In this document: in pieces, positions 8,807 through 17,176 of the stretch
How positions within the stretch are numbered: position 1 is the stretch's first letter
How the letters are laid out: every line of letters starts with the position of its first letter
IMG/VR virus record: IMGVR_UViG_3300045016_000216
DNA: 23,572 bases
Origin: an uncultured virus (IMG/VR IMGVR_UViG_3300045016_000216)
Taxonomy: Duplodnaviria; Heunggongvirae; Uroviricota; Caudoviricetes
Reading direction: 5' to 3' (one strand)
Program-made: the position numbers and the translations under genes
The notes under the pieces: model-generated
What the model saw: only the letters and a program-made list of their open reading frames with translations
Told to the model about the DNA's origin: nothing
Databases searched by the model: none

Positions 8807-9606
8807 TTCAATACTCCTTGGGAGTTAAGATAAAGTGGCAATCTTACCTCAAAGGTTTCTTTACTGCAAAAGAATCCCGGTTTTATTTTGTAGGCATCTT
8901 TTACATCTGCTAAAATAGCCTCATATAACCATCTAGCCATCTTCATTTCTGTAATAGATATTCCCATCCGCAACCTACTAACATTTTTGATAAAAAAGGT
9001 TTTTAATTGTGATGAGGCTTGGATAAATTTGTCCTTGTTATTGCTGCTTAGATCAGTAACAGTTTCGGAAGTCACCTCCTTTTTATAGATCGTTATAAGG
9101 TAACTTGTTAGTGTAGGATTATTGTCCATAACCCTTAATGTAGGTTCATTTTGAAGGTAATAGATAAACAGACTTTTTTGGAATTTTGAATAGGGATTGT
9201 AAAGGAAGTAATTAAGAGTAATACTTTTGTGGTAAGATTTATCCACAGGATAATAATCTGGATCATTGGTTGATATTGCAAATCTTTCTATGGATAAAAA
9301 CATATCTTCTTTAGGAAATTTATGATTAGCCCATTCAGGATAATCCGCTATTTTACCTGTAAAGAATTCTCCTTTTAGAATTTTCTCCACAGACTGTATG
9401 GCATTTTTGTAAGATACTGAGGTTTTACTAGGAAGTTTTTTTAGATTTAGACTGTACCAAAAATCAAAAATATCCTGAATGTGAGCGGGAGCTTCATATT
9501 CAGGTGGTTTTATTTTGTAAAGGCTTCTATCAAATGTTGGGGAAGGTAAAGGACGCCTGATTCTAATAAACAAGGGTTTTGTTTTGTCCCTTTTTACTAA
9601 ATCCAA
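8803..9606 (-). CDS. Hypothetical protein, possible replication initiator or helicase loader
   Basis: 267-aa ORF with TTG start and aagga RBS. Function inferred only from its position between primase and DnaB, next to a palindrome-rich gap. Confidence 0.5.
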   Translation of the reverse strand: MDLVKRDKTKPLFIRIRRPLPSPTFDRSLYKIKPPEYEAPAHIQDIFDFWYSLNLKKLPSKTSVSYKNAIQSVEKILKGEFFTGKIADYPEWANHKFPKEDMFLSIERFAISTNDPDYYPVDKSYHKSITLNYFLYNPYSKFQKSLFIYYLQNEPTLRVMDNNPTLTSYLITIYKKEVTSETVTDLSSNNKDKFIQASSQLKTFFIKNVSRLRMGISITEMKMARWLYEAILADVKDAYKIKPGFFCSKETFEVRLPLYLNSQGVLK

Positions 9607-9625
9607 TGGTTTTTCCTTTCAGACT

Positions 9626-9918
9626 GTCTTCACCTTTAGGTGAAGACTAATAGCATGGTGAAACATAAAATATTATAGTGCAACATCATGGTTTTTACAT
9701 CTCTTATACTACGTATAAGAGATAAAGAACCTTGAGGTGAAACGTTATAATTTTTGTGTTGAACCTTGCTATCAATTTTTTCTTTGTGTTACTTTCTTTT
9801 ACCTTGAGAAGCTACCATAGATACTAACCTCATCACCTTTTACCTAATAAAATAAGAACAGGGAGCAAGAAAAGAAAGGAAGGAAACTTGCTCCCTGTTA
9901 CTTGCTCTGAAAAGCAAG
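9626..9918. repeat. Cluster of four inverted repeats
   Basis: 9626-9647 gtcttcacct/aggtgaagac; 9699-9723 atctcttatac/gtataagagat; 9857-9899 aacagggagcaag/cttgctccctgtt; 9901-9918 cttgct/agcaag. Confidence 0.85.
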
Positions 9919-9954
9919 ATTGGTTAAAGGAGTGACACACGGCAGATTGTTTAT

Positions 9955-9983
9955 AGTATCTCATGATTCTGATTTTTTGTCAA
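9955..9983 (-). promoter_or_regulatory. sigma70-type promoter
   Basis: TTGACA-17-GATACT with TG extension; upstream context (tttctcTTGACA) matches the early promoters. Confidence 0.6.
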
Positions 9984-10146
9984 GAGAAATTTTCTAAAAT
10001 TTTTTATAGAAAACCATGCATCTATTTTGCAATATGAGCAATTCTTTTAAAAACGTGATAGAAACTATGTCTTTTTGAAGATCGTTTAAATCCATCAGCA
10101 AACCTTTTTAATTTCTGCTATGGTTAGAGTAGAGATTAATTAAAAA

Positions 10147-11034
10147 TCACAAAAACAAATCCGATCTGAGTTTTTTTACATCTTCCTCAGACAAATCAGC
10201 AGGATCACCTTCCGACAAAGTTAAAATTTCTACCTCTTTTACAATGGCTGAAAGATCATAAGCCAATTTATCAGCTTCTTTTTGGGCATCACTATCATAA
10301 AGGATAAAGGCTCTTTTTATTCCAGAAAAATGTACCAACTGATTTTTTGTGTACTTTTTACCAAATGTAGCTACTGCACCCTCTCCTATTCTCCATACAT
10401 CAGTAACACCTTCAACAATAACCACATTGTTTCTTACCGAATCTAGGTTATAAACTGCTGACTTTATGGGTATTACTGATTCTTCCACAGGTGCATTTTT
10501 ATAAGGTTCTTTTAATCCTTCAAAAATAGACCTTGCTAAGAAAGTTACCAATCTATTGTGAAGATAAACAGGTACTATTATTCTAAATTTGTAATCTCCA
10601 ACCTCTGCACAACCAAGCAAATCATATTTCTTTTCTAGGTAATCTGGATCAAATTTTCTTTTTATCAGATAATTTCTGTGCATTGATTGTAAAGGTGTTG
10701 CTAGGCTTGGTAACTTTACAAGATCAGAGGTTCTTCTTTCTTTCGGTACTTTTATGTTCCTATCTTGGTATTTATCTACAATTTTTTGAGCATAATTATA
10801 GGAACATTTCTCAACCTCTTGGATGTATTTTAGAACTGTTCCCTTAACGGAACATTTCCAACAAGATATTAATTTATCCGGAGAAATGCCCAGGTGTCGG
10901 GAAGGATCTGGACAAAATGGACAGTTAACTTCGACCCATCCTAGTGTTGTGTTTTTCCCCTCTGTTTGATAGTCTATCCTTTTATCCTCTAAATATCTTA
11001 TTATATCAAAATTTTGTAGTGGAAAACTTACCAT
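10147..11034 (-). CDS. DnaG-type DNA primase (zinc finger + TOPRIM)
   Basis: CPFC...H...CWKC; RIIVPV; IVEGVTD; LYDSD; GDPAD. Confidence 0.9.
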   Translation of the reverse strand: MVSFPLQNFDIIRYLEDKRIDYQTEGKNTTLGWVEVNCPFCPDPSRHLGISPDKLISCWKCSVKGTVLKYIQEVEKCSYNYAQKIVDKYQDRNIKVPKERRTSDLVKLPSLATPLQSMHRNYLIKRKFDPDYLEKKYDLLGCAEVGDYKFRIIVPVYLHNRLVTFLARSIFEGLKEPYKNAPVEESVIPIKSAVYNLDSVRNNVVIVEGVTDVWRIGEGAVATFGKKYTKNQLVHFSGIKRAFILYDSDAQKEADKLAYDLSAIVKEVEILTLSEGDPADLSEEDVKKLRSDLFL

Positions 11035-11620
11035 ATTGCTCTTTTTCCCCGATTATCCTTGCTTTTATAGCTTCTTCCTTAGAGTTAAAATATCCTAAAT
11101 GAATATGTTTCTTGTTTTTCCATAAACAAGCTGTCCATTTATTCGTTCTCTTATTAAGTCCTACTCCTTTATGCCCAGAAGTGTTGTTTGACGGGACTTT
11201 CCTATTTCTATTATTTTCTGAATAGGTAGATTCCCTTATATTTTTTCTCCTATTATCCCAAGGTTTTCTATTTTTATGATCAGGAAACTTATTTGCGGGT
11301 ATTTCCAATAAATAACGGGCCATATCCATACCTTTGTTATAAGATATTGTGTAACCTTTATAATCTTTCCACCACACTATGTCTTTCACCTTCTCATAAT
11401 CCTCAAAATCAAAATAAGTTTCTCCCACTTCTTCCCCTTCTATATTATAGAGTTTCATAATGCAGAAAAATCTACCAAAAATTATTTCATTCTTTTCCTT
11501 TATTATTCTATTTTTTATTCTTCCTTGATTTCTCATTTGAAAATAATGTCTGTGACAATATCCTTTTGCTAAGTGAGGAATTTGACAGTTTTCTATTTGA
11601 CATTTTTTTATTTTTCTCAT
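11006..11620 (-). CDS. Free-standing HNH-AP2 homing endonuclease (paralog of 7248..7874)
   Basis: CQIENC...AKGYCHRHY; PDHKNRKPWDNRRKNIR; NNTSGHKGV...HLGYFNSKEEAIKAR. Confidence 0.9.
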   Translation of the reverse strand: MRKIKKCQIENCQIPHLAKGYCHRHYFQMRNQGRIKNRIIKEKNEIIFGRFFCIMKLYNIEGEEVGETYFDFEDYEKVKDIVWWKDYKGYTISYNKGMDMARYLLEIPANKFPDHKNRKPWDNRRKNIRESTYSENNRNRKVPSNNTSGHKGVGLNKRTNKWTACLWKNKKHIHLGYFNSKEEAIKARIIGEKEQYGKFSTTKF

Positions 11621-11659
11621 GATTTTTCACCTTGTATAAAGATCCAGATAATAAGAGGT

Positions 11660-13003
11660 TCATAACCATCCTTCCTCGAAATAAAGACATAATCGGGTAC
11701 CAAAATGATCTACGAGGTAATAATGGCTAGGATCAAAGAAATCTATCAGGATAACCTCTTTTTTATCCTGAGTTGTCCTTAATCCTCTCCCTATGCTTTG
11801 CAGGGTAGCAATTTCAGACTTTCCTCCTGCGGCATTACATATTACATTTAAGGAAGGAATGTTTACTCCCTCTTTAAATACCACAGTAGCAATTACAAGT
11901 TTAATATCCTTGTTTTTAAAGGCTGATTTTATATCCTCTCTTTGTTCTGATTCGGTAGACCCTTGAACAAAATAAGGCTGTAGGCCTTTTTCTCTAGCTA
12001 TTCTTTTCAGGTTTTCCCCATGTTCTATTCTGGTTAGTAAAATCAGGACAGTTTTTCCCTCATCAATGTAAGGTTTTACCGTATTAATTACAGTTTCATT
12101 CCTTAATCTGTTATTAACAACTCCAGCATCATAAACATCTTGGTATCTTGTCAATTCCTTTACTCTGTAATTAATCGGAATCTTTATTAATTTTATGATT
12201 GGTTTAGCTAAAACCCCTTGACTGATACCTTCTTCTAAAGTGAAGGTATCAAGGTTAGGTCCAAGCAATCCCTCTATTGTCATTTTTGCTTCCTCAGTTG
12301 TCGGTAAAGTTGCAGTAAGTCCTATTCTTACTGTACAAGGTAATCTTCTTAGGACCCTAGCATAAGTTCCTGTGAAGGTGCTTATATGGTGACATTCATC
12401 AACTACCGCAACATCAAATTTTGATAGTAGGTGTGGTACTTTGTGAAAGGATTGTATTGTACCTACTACAATGTCACCTGATAAATCTTTCTCCTCACCT
12501 GTGTAGGAAGTAATGTTTTTCAGCCCAAACCTTTTGAATTCTTCCGCAGTTTGTCTAACCAAAGTTAGGGTGTGAACAATGAAAATTGTAGGTTTTCTGA
12601 ATGAATGGATTATGGACGCTGCTAAAACTGTTTTTCCTGTTCCCGTAGCTGCTTGTATTGTCCCTCTTTGCCCATCTAAAATGGACTGTACAAGTCTGAC
12701 TTGATCACCCCTAAGAGTGATGGGTTGAGGATAAACAGGAAGTTTAGGAATTGTCCCTTCTATAAAACAAGGAATTCCTCTACTTGCTAGTACACTTTTA
12801 ATCCTGTCCAAAAATCCTGTGTAGAAATAATAAATTGACCCATCTTTTGATTTGGTCATAGTAGATTTTTGGTATTCTACTCTCTCCTTTTTGTACAAAC
12901 CATCTCTGTAGAATACTGCTGGAAAAGATAGGATCGGTCTTATTATTCCTGCATCTCTAGCCGAGACTACACTTTCTACTGGATCTATTATTTTTATCAA
13001 CAT
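11660..13003 (-). CDS. Superfamily 2 DNA helicase (UvsW/XPB-like)
   Basis: LRGDQ, AATGTGKT, VVDECHH, GLTAT, EGVNIP, QSIGRGLR. Confidence 0.92.
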   Translation of the reverse strand: MLIKIIDPVESVVSARDAGIIRPILSFPAVFYRDGLYKKERVEYQKSTMTKSKDGSIYYFYTGFLDRIKSVLASRGIPCFIEGTIPKLPVYPQPITLRGDQVRLVQSILDGQRGTIQAATGTGKTVLAASIIHSFRKPTIFIVHTLTLVRQTAEEFKRFGLKNITSYTGEEKDLSGDIVVGTIQSFHKVPHLLSKFDVAVVDECHHISTFTGTYARVLRRLPCTVRIGLTATLPTTEEAKMTIEGLLGPNLDTFTLEEGISQGVLAKPIIKLIKIPINYRVKELTRYQDVYDAGVVNNRLRNETVINTVKPYIDEGKTVLILLTRIEHGENLKRIAREKGLQPYFVQGSTESEQREDIKSAFKNKDIKLVIATVVFKEGVNIPSLNVICNAAGGKSEIATLQSIGRGLRTTQDKKEVILIDFFDPSHYYLVDHFGTRLCLYFEEGWL

Positions 13004-13012
13004 TATGCTTAT

Positions 13013-13049
13013 ATTATATCATACTTTTCAAAAAACTGAAAATTATTTT
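13013..13049 (-). promoter_or_regulatory. Putative class II (middle) promoter, copy 2
   Basis: AAAATAATTTTCAGTTTTTTGAAAAGTATGATATAAT: TGnTATAAT, no TTGACA; only 9 nt from the helicase ATG. Confidence 0.65.
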
Positions 13050-13344
13050 ACAACCATTCCTGCAATTCTTTCCAAGTTAGTTTTATAGTCTCGAACTTCC
13101 ATTTGAATTCTTCCCGTAAAACTTTCACCAACTCATTCTTCTTTATTTTACCTGAAGTGGTGAACATTTCATCAGGTAGTTTTAAGACTAATTCTAATAG
13201 TTGTTTGGCTTCCTTGGAAAGATGATCTAGCCAATCCTGTGCTATTGCAAAAGATTCAGGATTTTCTTCTTCAATTATATCATCTTCCCAAGTTTTCCAA
13301 TCTCCCCATAAAACAGCCGCCGCACTTTCAATGTCCTCTTTCAT
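13048..13344 (-). CDS. Hypothetical helical protein, possibly sigma region-4-like HTH
   Basis: LSKEAKQLLELVL...ELVKVL...WKFETIKLTWKEL; weak resemblance by eye only. Confidence 0.45.
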   Translation of the reverse strand: MKEDIESAAAVLWGDWKTWEDDIIEEENPESFAIAQDWLDHLSKEAKQLLELVLKLPDEMFTTSGKIKKNELVKVLREEFKWKFETIKLTWKELQEWL

Positions 13345-13598
13345 TGGACAGTAACCTTTTTTCCCACGAATTCGGACAGATTGAACTTTAAAGGATTTTT
13401 CCTTCTTTCTATTTCTTGGGAAAATCTTTCTATCTCTTGTCTGAAACTGTCCCCCATTTTCATTATTTTTATCAGTTCTAAACAGCCTTGTGCTATTAAT
13501 ATTTGGAGTTCTTCTGTAGGAACTTCCTCTAAATGGTCTTGTAAGAAATTAATATATTCCTTTTCGGACATTTTATTCAATTCTTCTATTGTTTTCAT
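13341..13598 (-). CDS. Hypothetical protein
   Basis: RBS ggagg; ATGA overlap. Confidence 0.65.
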   Translation of the reverse strand: MKTIEELNKMSEKEYINFLQDHLEEVPTEELQILIAQGCLELIKIMKMGDSFRQEIERFSQEIERRKNPLKFNLSEFVGKKVTVQ

Positions 13599-13623
13599 TT
13601 ATCCTCCCTTTGTTTTAACCAAG

Positions 13624-13956
13624 TTAGATATTCTGTTCTTTTCTCCTTGCTACCAAAATTGGTTTTTCCCTGTTTCGGGATTTTCTTAGTTCCGATATAA
13701 TTGCTCCTTGCCTACATCTTTTACAACTATTTTGGTCTGTTACTCTTTTGTAGGAGCAAACTTCTAATACTACCCACCTTACTTCTTTTTTACACCATTG
13801 GTATCTGTTTAGAGCGAATCTGTTACAAGAATTGGTATTATTTTTTACAAGTTCCCCCATCATACTACACCATCTACTTTTTATCTTATCATTTTCTTCA
13901 AGAAAGATTCTCTTTGAGGAATTGATATAGTAGGAGCAATATTCACAGGTTCCCAT
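13624..13956 (-). CDS. Cys-rich hypothetical protein
   Basis: CEYC...WC...C...WC...C...CKRC; in operon. Confidence 0.65.
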   Translation of the reverse strand: MGTCEYCSYYINSSKRIFLEENDKIKSRWCSMMGELVKNNTNSCNRFALNRYQWCKKEVRWVVLEVCSYKRVTDQNSCKRCRQGAIISELRKSRNREKPILVARRKEQNI

Positions 13957-14191
13957 TTTTTTGTTCTTCTCCCTCCCATTCTCTGTTCTCTGCTCCGATT
14001 AAACAGTTCCAAATAGATAACAAGTCTTGTGCTTTTGGATCTTTTTGTTTTAAGATTAGGTAGTTATAAAGATCCACTAGAAGGGGTTTAAAGTGGGCAA
14101 ATTGTAGATGTAGACTTCTCATTTCCTGATTTTTTAAACCTAAAACTTTTTGTGGATTTGTCAGGATAACCCCACAAATTGGACAGACCAT
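13943..14191 (-). CDS. Hypothetical C2H2-like zinc-finger protein
   Basis: CPICG...HLQFAH; RBS aaaggag. Confidence 0.65.
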   Translation of the reverse strand: MVCPICGVILTNPQKVLGLKNQEMRSLHLQFAHFKPLLVDLYNYLILKQKDPKAQDLLSIWNCLIGAENREWEGEEQKNGNL

Positions 14192-14203
14192 ATTTTCTCC
14201 TTT

Positions 14204-14386
14204 CTAGGAATCTTCTTCAAGTGAATTCCTCTGTTTTTGGGTTTTTTCAAACTTCTCCAATAAGTCATTAAGAGCCATCCTTACCAAAGCACTTTGACTA
14301 ATTTGGTGCCTATCAGATTGGATTTGCATCCTCTCCCTCAAATCCGAATCCATCTTGATATAAAATGCGGTGTCCTTTTTACTCAT
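14204..14386 (-). CDS. Ribbon-helix-helix (CopG/Arc-like) DNA-binding protein
   Basis: TAFYIKMDSDLRERMQ...ISQSALVRMAL; RBS aaggag. Confidence 0.7.
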   Translation of the reverse strand: MSKKDTAFYIKMDSDLRERMQIQSDRHQISQSALVRMALNDLLEKFEKTQKQRNSLEEDS

Positions 14387-14537
14387 TTTCCTTCTCCTTT
14401 CGTAGATATTCCCTCACTTTAGGGTCAAACAAGATTGACCCTAAAGTTTGGATGTTGAACATTTTACATATTTCTATCTGCCGTTCCAAAGAAACAGACC
14501 TAGCCCAGTATTCTGCTATTTCATCTGTTGGGAACAT
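14379..14537 (-). CDS. Hypothetical protein (52 aa, not in ORF track)
   Basis: gaggt RBS; MFPTDEIAEYWARSVSLERQIEICKMF...; fills the gap in the operon. Confidence 0.6.
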   Translation of the reverse strand: MFPTDEIAEYWARSVSLERQIEICKMFNIQTLGSILFDPKVREYLRKEKENE

Positions 14538-14718
14538 ATATTTCTACCTCATCTTCCCTTACTGATTCAGGCCAACTCACCCCTTTGAATTTTACCAAAT
14601 ACATTCTGCAAGGATCTTCTTTTAGAAGCCTTGTTCCTAATACTTCTCCCTCGGTTCCTATTTTTATGTTTCTACTGGAAACATGTGAGAATAAAGGCAC
14701 TTTTGTTTTTATCAGCAT
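14521..14718 (-). CDS. Hypothetical SH3-like small protein
   Basis: IKIGTEGEV...YLVKF...VREDEVE; TAATG overlap. Confidence 0.55.
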   Translation of the reverse strand: MLIKTKVPLFSHVSSRNIKIGTEGEVLGTRLLKEDPCRMYLVKFKGVSWPESVREDEVEIYVPNR

Positions 14719-15545
14719 TAATGTATGGTCTCCATAACTCTTGCAATTTTTGGAGCGATGTTGATTCTTCTTTCTTCGGACTTCAATTCATGGGTCACAA
14801 ACTGGGTAAGTACATTGTTCAGGTCCCATACACTCAGATTGTCCTTCTGAACTGCATCAGGAAGCAATAGGCGGGTTTGTGTTTCGGGAAGCTTTTCGAT
14901 TTTCTCCCTCTCAGCAGTAGAGAAGGGAAGAACTTCCCAGATTTTCTCATATTTCTCTAAGGAAACTTTTGTCTCAACCCATCGTTTCCAAAGTCCTTGC
15001 TGTTCTGAAAACATAGTCATACCCACTTTCAAAGATTCTTCCATTTCCTCAAGATCAACGGAAAGCAGGTGTCTTTTTGAATACTTGGACAAAATCTCCC
15101 CGATCATAGCTCCGTTGCTGCAAATAACCCTAAAAACTCCCTGCCTAGAAAGCAACTTCTTCCCACAGTCAACAGAACTGAAGGCATCCATTGTAGGATT
15201 TAAAATGTCTCCCTTCCTAACTTCAAACTCTACATCAGGAAAGGTTGCTTTTACTGCAATCCTGGCCCCATCTTTGTACAGTCTTGGGGTTATGATTGCT
15301 TCACCATATTCAGGAAACTTTTTAACAGTCTCCTCAACCATTTTCACAATCTCCTCATGATGGACCAATTTGTACTGATCTGTACAGAAGGAGTAAAAAG
15401 AGTTATCCTTTTGGTTATAAATTGCATAACGACCACTGATTAATTCAGTAGGCCGTTTCCCCTTCCACACCGGTTCCAGAACAGGATCAGGGAAATCTAA
15501 CTTGGGATACCTGCTCTGAATCTCTAGTCTTTCTTCTTTTTCCAT
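14718..15545 (-). CDS. DUF932/DUF945-family phage/plasmid protein
   Basis: YKLVHH, GVFRVICSNG, H and WDLNNVLTQF motifs. Start placed at MEKEERL (aaagga RBS) because the longer start overlaps a promoter. Confidence 0.8.
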   Translation of the reverse strand: MEKEERLEIQSRYPKLDFPDPVLEPVWKGKRPTELISGRYAIYNQKDNSFYSFCTDQYKLVHHEEIVKMVEETVKKFPEYGEAIITPRLYKDGARIAVKATFPDVEFEVRKGDILNPTMDAFSSVDCGKKLLSRQGVFRVICSNGAMIGEILSKYSKRHLLSVDLEEMEESLKVGMTMFSEQQGLWKRWVETKVSLEKYEKIWEVLPFSTAEREKIEKLPETQTRLLLPDAVQKDNLSVWDLNNVLTQFVTHELKSEERRINIAPKIARVMETIH

Positions 15546-15580
15546 AACTCTATCCTTTCTTTTTGATTTTTGATAATACA

Positions 15581-15609
15581 ATTATATCACTTTTTATATA
15601 ATTTGTCAA
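15581..15609 (-). promoter_or_regulatory. Consensus sigma70 early promoter
   Basis: TTGACA-17-TATAAT with TG extension. Confidence 0.9.
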
Positions 15610-15794
15610 GATAATTTTTTTACCATCGTGTCCCAGTTCACTTTTTGCCTTGGAGTTAAAGCCCATTTATAAAAACGGCACTTGGGGCAATAATCGTGCA
15701 TTTCTATTTTTGTTTTATACCTTATCTCAAATTTTCTCCATGCGTTAAGCCACTCCGAATTACATTTACAATAGAGGTCTTTCTTCTTGGACAT
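15606..15794 (-). CDS. Hypothetical Cys-containing protein
   Basis: CKC...CPKC; RBS aaggag. Confidence 0.6.
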   Translation of the reverse strand: MSKKKDLYCKCNSEWLNAWRKFEIRYKTKIEMHDYCPKCRFYKWALTPRQKVNWDTMVKKLS

Positions 15795-15809
15795 TTGTTT
15801 TTTTCTCCT

Positions 15810-15965
15810 TTATCCCCTCACTTCCTTTTCACAAGTGAAGCAATAGAATATCCATCCTCTTTCATCAAAAAACTGGGTCAGCAGAATTACCCCACAAGTG
15901 GGGCAGGTTGCAGTTTCCCAGTAATTCAATCTGTACAATTTCCGAATTTCGGATTGTGTTTGCAT
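15810..15965 (-). CDS. Small zinc-ribbon protein (51 aa, not in ORF track)
   Basis: ggagggagt RBS; ...TCPTCG...YCFTCEKEV. Confidence 0.7.
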   Translation of the reverse strand: MQTQSEIRKLYRLNYWETATCPTCGVILLTQFFDERGWIFYCFTCEKEVRG

Positions 15966-15974
15966 ACTCCCTCC

Positions 15975-16055
15975 TTATTTATGACGGATTATCCATATTG
16001 TTACAAGGACCATCCAAATCATGAGAATAAATTCCCTAAATAAATAAAAATCCAT
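15975..16055 (-). CDS. 26-aa single-pass membrane peptide (not in ORF track)
   Basis: gaggt RBS; MDFYLFREFILMIWMVLVTIWIIRHK. Confidence 0.55.
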   Translation of the reverse strand: MDFYLFREFILMIWMVLVTIWIIRHK

Positions 16056-16068
16056 TTTACCTCTCAAT

Positions 16069-16257
16069 CTATTCGTTTAAGGATCTCAAAACCTTTCTAA
16101 GGGCTTCGGCACAATCTTGATAAGCTTTTGCCCTAGTATCGTACATGGCCTTGTACTCTTTGGAATCGGTACCATCAACAGCAGCCAAATTTCTCCTGGC
16201 TGATATTTCAAGTTCCTCAACCAAGTCGTTCAATCTTTGATACTCTTTTCCTGTCAT
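16069..16257 (-). CDS. Hypothetical helical-hairpin protein
   Basis: RBS gaggg; in operon. Confidence 0.6.
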   Translation of the reverse strand: MTGKEYQRLNDLVEELEISARRNLAAVDGTDSKEYKAMYDTRAKAYQDCAEALRKVLRSLNE

Positions 16258-16260
16258 TTT

Positions 16261-16992
16261 TTACCCCTCGATCTGGGCCGCTCTTGTGCCCTTGTCAGCA
16301 ATTGGTCTTAGCAAAGAGATACTCTTTGCATCTTCGTGCCCCTTAAACCATGCTTCTCTTGAACCCCCTAATTTTATATCACGGGATTTTGCATCAGGAA
16401 ACAGTTTCTTCAGCATATCCTCTGCTCCATTCTTCTTCACAATAACCAAAGCTTTTATTTCAGCAGAGGCATTTTCATTCCTGAGTTTGTACAGTTCCTC
16501 TAACCTCTTTCCTAATTCTATGCTCATACTCATGGCGTAAGTCGTTCTATCATCCTTTCTCATAAAAGCCGAATCAGCTTTTTTTCCTACAGTTCTGCGA
16601 AGGAATTTAAAGAAGTGAGTGGACAACTCCAGATCAGATTTAGTTCCGACAAAGAAGAAAGTTTGGGCTCTTTCAGATAATTTTACTCCATGAATGATCA
16701 GTCCTTTTGTTTGTGATACAACTACTCTGGAATCAAAGCAAAAAGCAATACTTTGAGCTAAAGTTCCTTCCCAATCTTCAAAAGTCATGCCTTTTACATC
16801 CATCCTGATAAAGACTTCATCAGGTACTTCAAAATTAAGGACTTCACTCATGGAGATAGCATAGTCCCCCATCAGCTTTGCCACTTTTCTTTTTGCCGCA
16901 TCAGCTTCAGGACCAAAGCTAGTTCCATTGCTGAGGTTCATCAGCTTTTGGATTTTTTCGATCAAGGAATTTTTGTCAAGTTTATCTTCCAT
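16261..16992 (-). CDS. DUF2786-domain protein
   Basis: KIQKLMNLS...EADAAKRKVAKLMGDY N-terminus; start MEDKL after ggagg. Confidence 0.75.
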   Translation of the reverse strand: MEDKLDKNSLIEKIQKLMNLSNGTSFGPEADAAKRKVAKLMGDYAISMSEVLNFEVPDEVFIRMDVKGMTFEDWEGTLAQSIAFCFDSRVVVSQTKGLIIHGVKLSERAQTFFFVGTKSDLELSTHFFKFLRRTVGKKADSAFMRKDDRTTYAMSMSIELGKRLEELYKLRNENASAEIKALVIVKKNGAEDMLKKLFPDAKSRDIKLGGSREAWFKGHEDAKSISLLRPIADKGTRAAQIEG

Positions 16993-17176
16993 GGTATCCT
17001 CCTTTTTGTTCAAATTCTAAAGGATCTACTTTTATTATACCTTGTTCATCCTCAATCACTTTTATACCGTGATCTACCTCCAGATGAGATAGGTGAAACA
17101 TAACTATCTCATCTGGATTATCTGTGAGGACACATGCCCGACAAATAGATGATTGGGGGTCAAAGCAGTCCCTCAT
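16982..17176 (-). CDS. Hypothetical protein with CFDPxSxxCxxC motif
   Basis: ATGA overlap; motif shared with the upstream gene. Confidence 0.6.
   Translation of the reverse strand: MRDCFDPQSSICRACVLTDNPDEIVMFHLSHLEVDHGIKVIEDEQGIIKVDPLEFEQKGGYHGR

Noticed and set aside
11508..11690. 60-aa ORF overlapping the helicase end and HNH start (and similarly 21437..21622)
   Set aside because: Alternative-frame overlaps of better supported genes.
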